A stretch of 61,917 nucleotides of DNA, counting the filler, from Dugesia japonica (Eukaryota), in NCBI GenBank assembly GCA_001938525.1. It is 5 parts of 5 records of this genome, joined end to end, with 100 filler letters (N's around TTAATTAATTAA, not from the genome) between each part and the next. Parts side by side here need not be neighbours in the genome. Positions count along the whole stretch, not along the records: positions 1 to 13,756 come from MQRL01461526.1; 4 more parts are not named here. One strand, written 5' to 3'. The notes under the pieces were generated by a model. That model searched no databases and was not told where the DNA came from. It saw only the letters and a list, made by a program, of their open reading frames with translations. Made by a program: the position numbers and the translations under genes. The number at the start of each line of letters is the position of its first letter. Positions within the stretch are counted from its first letter, which is position 1. Below are positions 1-10,788 of this stretch, piece after piece.

Positions 1-371
1 CTCTCGTAACGATTCTCGTTGGATGCTTTTCTCTATCAACGTTAAGTAATCATAAGTGATTGTAAACAGTGAAAGCATGCTTTGCTCATGTGCATTTTAT
101 TCAATGGCACCGTAATAGGACTTGTACAGTGACATATTTTACATTGCAAGACTTAGATTCCCTTGATTGCATGTACTCCGATTGACGTCTGTTGCTTTGC
201 TTGTTTTCCATGTTATCATCATTATTTGCTGTCTGGACCTAATCGCGTATCAATTCTCTTCATTGATTAATCTCGTTTTGAAACTAACCCTTTTAGTCTT
301 TTTAATTTTTGGTTTGACCTCTACGTCACTGTCCTCCGATTTTGGCTTGACCTTAACTCATCTCACTCTTT

Positions 372-1744
372 CTACAGTCTCGACGTCGCTTTCTTTATCA
401 TTGTCGTCTTACATCTCGATACATGAACAATACTTGGCTTCTTGAGTGNCTTTCCCACTTCCTTTACTTTTAGATTTGTTGCAGTTGTCTCTAACACTAA
501 ATAAGGTCCTTCGTTTGGTCGTTTTAATTTATCTGTGGTTCCAATTTCAATTGTTGGGATATTAATTAATACCATATCACCCCTTTTAAACGTATGGGGC
601 TTGTATCTCGATCATACAATTCCTTATAGCTCTCTTGAATAAACTTTGCATTTAACTCCGCTAATCGCCATATTTCTTGCATTCTCTCTTTCATGCCGGT
701 AACATAATCATCCTCGTCCATGTACTGTGATATCGGTGGCTGATGCTCCAAATCTATTGGGATATTACATTATCTACCATACATTAATTTAAAAGGTGAC
801 GCTTTTGTCACGGGATGTTCTACCATCCGATAGGCAAATAAACATAAATTCAAATGTTTTTCCCAATCTCGCTGTGATTTCGTCGCATAACTCGATAACA
901 TTCTAGTCAATGTCTGATTAAATCGTTCCGTCATTCCGTCCGTTTGTGGATGATACGCTGATGTCCGTACTTTGTGAATATTAAAATAACTCTTCACTTC
1001 CTTCATCAATTCACTCATGAAATTCTTTCCTTGATCTGTTAATATCTTTTTCGGTGGTCCGTATTGACTGAATAATTTATCCACTAATATTCGAGCGATT
1101 GTCAACGCTTTTTTATCTTTTAATGCAAATGCCTCGGGAAATTTTGATAAATAATCCATTACTGTCAAGATATACGCTTTTCCATTATCCGTTGGTGGGA
1201 ATGGTCCGATTATGTCCATTGTAATTATATCCATTGGTGGCGCTGGCACTGGTATTGGTTGTAACGGAACTTTAAATTTCTTTCCAGTTCCTTTTCTTGC
1301 NGCACAAATCTCGCATTTACTAATCCAATCTTTCATACATGTCGTAATATGAGGCCAATAATATTTTGCTCGTAATTTTGATTCAGTTTTCTTTGCTGAC
1401 ACATGACCTCCTAGAATTCCATTATGGTACTGCTCAAGTATTTTTGCTCGTCTACATTTTGGTATTACTAACAACAGTTGATCACCTTCCTTCATCATTA
1501 ACCACTCATTTATCACGGTATATCTACCACCTCGTTTCTTTAAGTGTTCCTTCATCACTTTACTCAAGTCAAAGTGAGATATATACTCTAGAATTATTTT
1601 CACTTCCTCATCCTCATCCTGATCCTTTTTTAAGCCGGTAAAATCTTTATTCTCTGCCAATATCATACATAAAGATCGTATGCCTCGATTCATTAATTGC
1701 TGTAAGTCTATCCATACACCTCTGGTTGCTTTCTTTTCTACCAC
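372..1744 (-). pseudogene. Integrase with GPY/F module
   Basis: HNGILGGH...CEIC; MDIIGP; LTDQGKNF; AYHPQTDGMTERFN; EGPYLV...VHVSRCK. Confidence 0.95.
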
Positions 1745-1774
1745 TTCCTCTGGTTCGTCTGTAAATTTTGCTCT

Positions 1775-3150
1775 TTACATATAATCTGCATTTAAATTTG
1801 CTTTTCCANTTTTGTATTTGACCAGCGGTGCATATTCTTGTAGCTTCATTGCCCATCTGGCTATTCTATTTGCTTGTAATGGCTTTTGCCCTATCATTGT
1901 TATCGACTGATGATCTGTATAGATTACTAATGGATGTCTAAGTATTAACTTATTAAAATGTTTTACAGCTTTTACTATTGCCAAAATTTCTCGTTCAGTG
2001 GTGCTATAATTCTTTTCGAACCCTTAAAATGTTTTACTAAAATATGCGATCACTCTTTCTCGTCCTTCTTCATCTAATTGACTCAATACTGCACCCATTG
2101 CATAACCGCTTGCATTCGTTGCCAGAATAAATGGTTTCCTAAAGTCTGGTTGTACCAATATCGGGGCCGTCATCAACTTTTCCCGAATTGTTTCAAATGC
2201 TTTTTGATGCTCCTCTGTCCAAATGAATTTTACGTCTTGTTTAACTAGCGATTGGATTGGTCTCACGATTGTCGCAAATCCTTTGATAAATTTTCGATAA
2301 TAATTCGCCATACCTAGTAATACTTGAATGTCGTTCACGTTTTTCGGCACAGGTAAATTCTTGATTTTCTCAATATTCGTTGGATCTAGTTGTTTTCCTT
2401 TGTCTGATATTAGATGCCCCAAATATGTCACTTGATTTTTCGTTCATTCACACTTCGTAGGTTTCACTCATAGTTTCCATTCTCTAATTCGTAAAAATAC
2501 ATTTCTCAAATCTTTCAAATGTTCCTCAAACGTGACTGAAAATATAAACAAATCGTCTATATATAACATACACTGTTGTATGTCATGTGTCACAAAGTTC
2601 ATGCATCGCTCAGTCCAAACGGCATTCGAACAAATATATATATAAATCTTTTCCTGCTGAGAATGCAGTTTTCTCTTTATCTGCTTCCTCTTTTTCGATT
2701 GTCTGCCCACGCAAAAATATCTCTGAATTCCTCCAATAGTTGTAATAATTTAGCTTTTTTTGCTGCTGATAGAATTGTTGAATCCACTTTAAGCGACCGA
2801 TCTACTTCTTCTGAGTTTGTCGGTAACTCGATTTCCATTCGTTTCGCCATTGCTCCTTTTAATTTCTCATAATCATTATTTTCCACATTATCCACTTCTG
2901 CCTCTTCGTCTTCCAAAGGAGTCAATACTCCGATTTTTGAATTTGGGTATATCGCAATATCTTCTTCTGTCATATTCAGTACGTTGACTGGCACTTTTCC
3001 TTCGTCAGAAACACTTTTACTATTTCCCTCGCTGCTGGCAATTTATATCGCTTTGAGAATCCTTCATGTAGTTCAAAAATCATATCCTCTTAATTTGCTT
3101 GGGTTTTTGCAATGCAAAATACTTGACTCCTCCTTGGTATCACCAATTTT
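1775..3150 (-). pseudogene. pol: Pol: PR-RT linker, RT (N-terminal part deleted near 2705) and RNase H
   Basis: IPRRSQV...VPVNVLN linker; KEKTAF...RMPFGL; MLYIDDLFIFS; YLGHLIS; LGMANYYRKFI; FILATNASGYAMGAVLSQ; NYSTTERE; IYTDHQ; GKANLNAD. Confidence 0.92.
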
Positions 3151-3239
3151 TCGTTTGTATATACTTCATTATCCTTCATATATAAATTTTCTCTGGAATT
3201 CGATATTTTCAATGTGGTCATATCCAAAACTACATTTTT

Positions 3240-3515
3240 CATCAATAATGGAATTAGATCCGTTCCCAATATACAATCCTCACTCATATTCATTACTGTC
3301 ATCTCATGCAATACTGTTCTCCACTGATACTCAACTTCACATCGTAATATGCCATACACTTCTGGCTGCCATCCATCCGCTAAAAATATTTATAATTTAT
3401 TCTGTATAATATAGGTCGATGATATAAGATTATAATTTAATACTGATATTGTTGCTCCGGTATCCAACAACGCTGATAATATCCTCCCATCGATTTTTAG
3501 ATCTATAAGTATTCG
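3240..3515 (-). pseudogene. Retropepsin aspartic protease 2
   Basis: LKIDGRILSALLDTGATISVL...*IFLADG...DCILGTD; DTG at 3464-3456. Confidence 0.85.
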
Positions 3516-3617
3516 ATTTCCAGTCTCAGAATAGTTATAACACACATAATCCTTCTTCTTCGTTCGAGGAATTTTAACTGTATTTCCGATTTCTGGTTTG
3601 AGNTCGACTCGTCTCCG

Positions 3618-3845
3618 ACAATCTCTTGATAAATGCCCCATTAAGCCACACACATAACATCGATTCAACTTTTCACATCTCATTATGGAATGCTTCCTTT
3701 TCCCGCAAGTTTTAAAATGTCTACCGTTACTGTGACATTCTTTAGTTGTATGGTTTGGTCGTTGACAATTTATACACCAAGTTGGGTTATTTCCCACTTT
3801 CCAACAATGACTTGATAGATGACCTCGCTTATCGCAATGTACACA
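3618..3845 (-). other. Second nucleocapsid-like cluster of four CCHC knuckles (one degenerate)
   Basis: CVHCDKRGHLSSHC, CINCQRPNHTTKEC, (F)KTCGKRKHSIMRC, CYVCGLMGHLSRDC. Confidence 0.85.
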
Positions 3846-3919
3846 ATTTGTCTGAGTTCTTTTTAATTTACTTGCATTCGGTTGTTGGCACAAATTCAAA
3901 TCTAATTTCCTATCAGGAA

Positions 3920-4190
3920 ATAGTTTTCCCATCATATCCAATCCCACAATACAATCAAAAACTAAATTCTGCATTACTTGCATAGGATGCATAAATCGCA
4001 CATTTCCGCACTGAATTCTACAATCTAATTCACCCACTGTATTTACGGTTTGTCCGGTTACCGTTAGCATTTGGATTCCTTCTCTACGCATTCTAGCTTT
4101 ATCTACTTCATACAACACTCGTTCATCGATGNTTGATCTACACGCTCCGGTATCGATCATACAATCTATTTCTCTACCGTTAATTATCAA
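3920..4190 (-). pseudogene. Retropepsin aspartic protease 1
   Basis: IINGREIDCMIDTGACRS...DCIVGLD; DTG at 4154-4146. Confidence 0.85.
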
Positions 4191-4519
4191 TTTTTTAATA
4201 ACACTCTACCACCTGGCATTGTCATTGGCGCAAGGCTTCTGGTATCCTTGTCTTTGATCTCTTCGCTATCAGATATTATACTAAAATTGGTATCTTCGGG
4301 TGGTGCCGTTCTGATAATTTCGGTATCCGTTATCCCACAAGATTTCTTTTTAGCCTCATGCTCTGCACGAACTCATCGTTTGAGTTCCTCGAAGTCGTGC
4401 TATCTGCGTATTTGTTGCAATTCATCATTTGGGTAGTAAATTTACTCTCGATTCCCTGCTTCACAACTTGATTGCCATAACTGCTTCCATGTTATGACTA
4501 TTGTTGAATGACTATTGAG

Positions 4520-6390
4520 AACAACTGATTTAGCCCACGCAGGGAACAATCCCATAATCATTGTCTATGACATCTTCCTTTCCTTTTTGTATAAATTGAA
4601 ACACGCTAATAATTGAATCAGTAATACTTTAATTATTTGCACTATAAAGATTATTCCCAATAATCATGCCATTGCTTGTCCGAAAACTATAAATTAACCC
4701 CACATCTTCTTCATTACATTTGCTGCTGCTTGTTGAAAGTGATCTGGTGATAATAACAATTCATAATTCGGTCTCTTTTCTGACGTAAATGCTCCTCCAG
4801 CGACATACACAATGTTAGATAAAATTTGCATTCGTTTGACAGGAAATAACATGTGCTCTCTGGTCCTCTCCAGATCCTCCAATTTGTAGATATCACCTTC
4901 TGCTACATTTATTGGATTAAAAGTCCGTCCCATCTTCAGTTTTAATGCTGAGAAATTTCTCACAAAGGTATCTGCAGGTAATCTCTCCGGAAAACGTATT
5001 CATTTATTGTTAGCCATTTTAAAGTAGGGTCCGAATAAATTAGAACAGTTCAGTTTGTTCGGCACGAATCCTTTTGGTGATATTACTCTTGTAATAGGTT
5101 GTACATACCCTTTTTCTTCCCAATAATTGATTTTCATCTCATTATAGAAAGTTTTCTCTCTGGATAAAATTGCTTCCACCCTCCTATATCGATATATGAA
5201 CATAACATCTCCAACAATTCGCCCGAATTGGCCTTCTTCTAATGGTAACACTGGGGTTACATTGTCGGGGTTTGTTATCGCTGTTGCTAATTTTGTCCGT
5301 AATATTTTGCGATTTAACAAACAGTCATTATAGATCAAATCATGATACATTCGCTCCGTAGATTGCTGCGCTAGGTGAAACAGAGTGTCCACCTTATTAT
5401 TCAGATATAAATAAAACTTAGTATCTTGAGGCATAACTCCATCTCTCGACTTTACCAGTCTCTGCTTTGATACAAAGATTCTATTGTAATTTGTTTTTAT
5501 GCAATTTCTCCACATTTGGCCTCGGATTTCTTACGGATTAATCTAATCATGTCATTCGCATCGATTGCCATTAATACGGTTGGTGTATCAGACCACAATA
5601 GTGATTCCTCCTTTGTTTTCATTTCCACGTTTACTTTTCCGACGGCTGGCATTCTCTCCTCTTTAACTGAGTCAACAATTTTTTTTCCGCAATACTCATC
5701 GAACAAAACCTCTCTAAGAAAGGACATCGTACATTCCTGATGATTGACCTGATATACTAAAGTTGACACTCCTGTATTACACGAATTATCTGAGGCTAAA
5801 CACATTTAATACATCTTCATCTTTTTGGTCGTTTTATCAAATAAGGCATCAAATTCTTTTAGTTCGGCTCTATAACTTTCTATGGCCACGAATCCAGTCG
5901 CATAGCCTAAAGGGCTAGTGTATTTCCCTTGTAGACAAGTTCCTGTTGCATCCGAAATTTATCCTGCTGCGAATAGGCGGGTTTGTACTATTTGACCTCC
6001 TTTGGCATTAATTATTTTTCCTTTGCCCACTGGTATTTTACCGGTTGTAATTCCAGATTCGCATTGTTGTCTTGTGAGGAGAACAGTTATTACTTCCATA
6101 CCTGGGGTTATGACTGCCGAATAACTACTTCCTCCACACCAATATACAAATACTTGCATTGTTACTTTAAATTCCCTTATTTTTTTCTTGTAATAATCTG
6201 ATTCTTGGTACACAAGATAACTCATCGATTTTTGTACATTTTCTAACTTTTCTGGGTTTGCTTCTGGATATTCCCCTGCATCGATTAATGAATACACTGT
6301 TTCTCCGATATTCATATTGGTTCTAATATCGCTACTAATTGTTTACTTTCCATTGACAAAATTGTACTTCCTATCCATAGTTTTAAATCC
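4520..6390 (-). pseudogene. env: Envelope glycoprotein, chuvirus G / herpes gB-like class III fusogen type
   Basis: Colinear motifs: YSLIDAGE(Y), VYWCGGSSYSAV, LTRQQC...TG, AG...GTCLQGKYTSPLG, CLASDNSC, YLNNKVD...MYHDLIYNDCLLNRKIL, GRIVGDVMFIY, YVQPITRVI, CSNLFGPYF. A TM segment MWG*FIVFGQAMA*LLGIIFIVQIIKVLL follows at about 4700-4600. Several expected Cys appear as Y or F. Confidence 0.8.
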
Positions 6391-6399
6391 GGATACATC

Positions 6400-9300
6400 T
6401 CTAGCAATACCTGGTGTATTCGTTTCTCGGTCAATAACGTGTGTGGTTCTAATTTCTCCATTGTTTCCGTTGATAATTCGACCATTTGTTCATTTCTTGT
6501 TGGTTTTCGCCTCGTTGTACCACTTGCTGTGGCTCCTTTTTGTTGACCTCTTGGTTTTTTATCCATCCACGTCTCCGCATCACGCATTACTCATTGATGT
6601 GTCTCATTATCGGTGGTATCATCTGTATTATCCGTGGTCGTTTTCACTTCATCAAAAATTGCGGCAGGTGGTATTATTTCGTCTGCAATTTCGTCCAATC
6701 TAACTGATATATCATCGTCGTCTTGATCCAAATCCACTTGTGTCGGATTAAATCTTCTTGACTTCTTTGATTTCATTGGTATTTCTGACTCTGACGTTGT
6801 TACTGGTTTCATTTGGATTATTTGAATCTCTTCATCATCTATATCATCTTCAAGATCTAAAGGTTGTTCGACTATTTCCTCTTCTGTGGTATTCTCCGTT
6901 GTTGACTCCTTGATTGGCGACTTTCTCGGTCGTCCTCTTGATTTGGCAACTACTTCACTCGTGTTACCTGACTTCATTGATTGTACAAATGATGTTATCG
7001 TGGTCTGACTTGTTCCTAGTCCCGATTGCAATTTATTTTTAATCTCCTTGGCGGGTAATTTTCTCCTGATCAATCGTTTACTACCTTTCGGTTTGATATA
7101 CAGTTTATTTTCTACCTTTTGTCGGATATCCAACGTTCCAATGATATTGTTATTCAATAATTCCCGATTATTCAATAGTAGTACATATGGCGGCTTGAAT
7201 GGTATTTTGGATTTCATCTGTTCTACTGTCTCGTAAGCCAAGTTCGAGATTCTCNTTTCATGACCATCTGGTTCTACGATTCTGAAGCTAAATCTAAGTG
7301 GTAATACTTCATCTTGTTCGCATTTTCTCCATCTTGATATCAGCAGTTTGAATTGTTTTGGTCTCCATTTGCATTTTTCTTTACATCTGGATATTTCGTA
7401 AGTCAATGATCTCAACTCCTCAATTGACAAATCGCTCTGCAATAATTGAACCGTTATATGCTCCACACTGGTTTTGTTTATACTTTTCTCTTGAATTTTT
7501 TCTATAAATTGATCTACCATATCGGCAGAATCTCCACTACACTTTTTCGATTTACCGGTCATTATCGCTACCATTTCTTGTGATCTACTCAGCTCTTGAT
7601 TTGATTTGTATTGTCGATGTAACATTGGTCTCTGCTGTATTACCGCTTTCGTTTCTCGATTTGATAATTTAATTTCATCATTATGCAGTTGCAATCCCCA
7701 TGGCAATTTTGGATTGATATTATCAGCATAATATCGTATTGTCTTTGCACACAAATTTTCTCTGATTGATTTTAACGTATATGGGTCTCTCTCATTTTCT
7801 CCATTTGCAAAAATATAGACATTCATCATATGGCCTGTCTATATGCCTGATCACTTTACCGGGTACTCACCATGATCCTCTGTGATCTCTCCTCCGCAAT
7901 AAACTACAATATCCTCTCGTTTAGTAATTGGTGTATTCTCTTTTCCCTTTGCTGTTTGTTTATTCAAATGTTTGATAATTTTCTTTANTAATTTATCCCA
8001 GCTTGTCGTCGTTTTAATATCAAACTCTTTACTTGATTCATCCGGAAAATACACTGTTACTTGCACATCTTGTCTTGTTATGCCGTCTGCATGATTTATT
8101 ATTAACGTATACATAAGCGTGTACAACGCTTTTCCTCCTATCATACACAACTGGTTCAATCTGTTTATTATCTCTTGAATATTCAACTCAGTCATTTGAC
8201 TGCAGTTCTTATAAATGGTTAACGCCATTTTTGCGATAGTTCGCTTCAAACTTTTCCACAGTTCGCTTTCGTTTTCGACTTTGGCTATTCGTTCAATTTC
8301 CTCGTTTGTTACGATTCTCAAATATTCTATTTTATCTATTTCGTTTACATACATATTTTCCATTTTAGTTCTAATTCGTTTAATTGATTGTAATTTAAAC
8401 TTTTTCGGTTTTCCATCATCCAATTCCAACGTTAATTCAGTAATCTCTCCTGGACTCAATAGTAATTCAATCACGTGTTGATCCCCTTTATTCAGTTTGT
8501 CTCTTTGTATAATCATATAATCACACACAATCCGATATTTTTCAAACGTTTTCTCTAAAGGTAATTTACTCAATATTGCTCTCAATTTACCTACTCGGGT
8601 GGTTTGAAATTTCTCAACTATTTTCGTCTGCATGGTCATGCACAAATTATCATCAATGGTAGGATAGTGGATTTTTACCCCAAAATCCGATCCAACTGTC
8701 GTCGTTACTATCATCTCCTGATACTCTTTAATTAATTCAGACCAGTTTCTCCGATGTTCCCATAATATATCATAATGATAGTGCGCATCCAAACTAAGTT
8801 CAGCATTCTCCAATACGTTCGTTTCGGAATTAATTCCTTCCTCTAGTGTAATACACACGTATTTATTTATTGCAGCTAAATTATGATAGTAATCTTCATT
8901 GCTGTTCTCGTTGGCAGTAGCTGATGTTTCGTTCGGCTCATTCACACTCCCTCCTCCCACATTTCTTGATTGTTTACTACTCTTTTTACCTCTATTTATT
9001 ATTTTACTCAAAAATGATCTCATCATAAAAACTCGGCTGGCCCTGGCTGCTTTCTCGAAAACTGTTCATGATTAGTTTCTGTAGTAGTTTTAATTACCAC
9101 GCTCGGTATTTCAGCTTTTGGTAATTCACTTGACTGGATTGCCAGTGGTGCCCTCTTTTCTGACAAAGGCGCAAGATACTTTATTTGACATCTATTCAAC
9201 GAAATCATTATATCTAAATGTTCTAAATTAATCATTATGCTCTAAATTGAGGGCAAATTAGTTCGTTATATAAAGACATTCTCCAACTCTCTAACAACGT

Positions 9301-10780
9301 AACGCATTTACATCATTGATGCTAACTACTGACACTGGTGCACAAACAATATATTTGCATATGGGTTTTGCCCATTCAACCTCCTCTAACGCATTGAGTA
9401 AATCTTTTACCGTCATTCCTTTCAGTTTTAACACAAGTGGGATGTTATATTTTGTGGCAACTGGTACTTTCTTCAAAACCTGATCCATCGTAATGTATGC
9501 GGTTCTATCTTCATCCGGTCTCCATGCTTTGATTTTATAATCCCCCGCGGACGTAATTACCAACAACTCTTTCTCATATTCCAGAATTAATGGTCTTCAT
9601 TTTCGATTCGTCATCGTGTCAATATGACCTGGCTCTGCTAGTTCCACCAAATGATTCATTATTTTCTAATAAGTCTTCCTGGTTAATTCATCTTTCAATA
9701 ATTGAGCATCTTTTATGACTGTTTCTACATAATCATTCACTCGGGTTTTGTATCTAATCGGTGCTTTCAATCTCACGGGATCGCTTTTGGTTATCATGCC
9801 AATTTGAGTCCTGATATTTTCTGTTTTTGCTGCTCCTCTTGTTTGTCGGGTCATTGGCTGTCTAATTTCTTTTACCACATCTACCAGAAATCCTTGCTAC
9901 AATTTGCTTATTCCCTTGGTTGTAGTTGTTGACTCCGTCCGTACTAGCACCATTTATTTGTGATATTTCTTATCAAATGATTGTACTATTTGCTCGGTCG
10001 TTCTGAAGTCAAAATAATATCACAATGATTGTTTAATGCGATGCATTTCTACTAAATCGATTAAATTTATTGTTGTTTTACCTAGCCAGACTCCATATTC
10101 CGATACATGTCCTTTACCATCATCTTGTTCTATGACTCTGGTTCGAGAACACAAAATATACTCTCCGATAGGCTATGGCCATGTCATTTCATTTACTGCT
10201 TGTAATAATCCATTCACCGTAGTATCCTTCAACACAATTTTCCAAGGTATCTCTTGATATTTCAATTCAGTTGAATCTTCATCTATGGCTGGCTCGTAAG
10301 CATTAATACTATAATCGTCAGGTTTTGTATGACTACGAATTTCCGATTCATATTCTTGCGCTTGAGGAAATCACAATTCACTGGTGCACGCATTCAGTTT
10401 ACCTGTTTCCATTAACTCCAACACATGATTCATCATCGCCCAGTATGCCTCTCGATAAACTACTGTCTTGAAAGTTTGTATCATTGTGACTTTATCTTCT
10501 ACCTGTCTCGTTATCACTGCTCGTTTGGCTGCTAATTTCGCCAATAGTTCTACCTCCATTGACTGAGCTCTCATCATATTTATTCTTCCTTGATTATTCT
10601 CTCACTTTTGCATTCTCTCTTTTGTCACTTGCTGTTCCTCCAATTGTAATTGCAAATATTCCTGCTATTGTTTCAACTTGTCAAATACTCGCTGCTCTGT
10701 TTCATCTTGCCTTCGCCTATCTTGTTGCATTAGATTCACTTGTTGCTGATTTTAGTTTCAATTATTTTTTATCTGGTTCT
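6400..10780 (-). pseudogene. Accessory polyprotein region: coiled coil, five ubiquitin-like repeats, PIP-like motif, AT-hook, acidic tail
   Basis: ORFs starting at 10577, 9878, 9566, 9026, 7829 and 6587 share one frame and are mostly separated by point stops. A beta-grasp-like pattern recurs at about 10319, 9542, 8687, 8069 and 7292. QTTITSFV at 7007-6984; KSRGRPRK at 6944-6921. Confidence 0.65.
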
Positions 10781-10788
10781 TTAATCTA

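Noticed and set aside
9023-9026. ATGA stop-start overlaps suggesting an operon-like or coupled gene array
   Set aside because: At least as well explained by frameshift decay, for example the small AATTTAGA(G/A)CAT duplication near 9220-9248. Not supportable from one copy.
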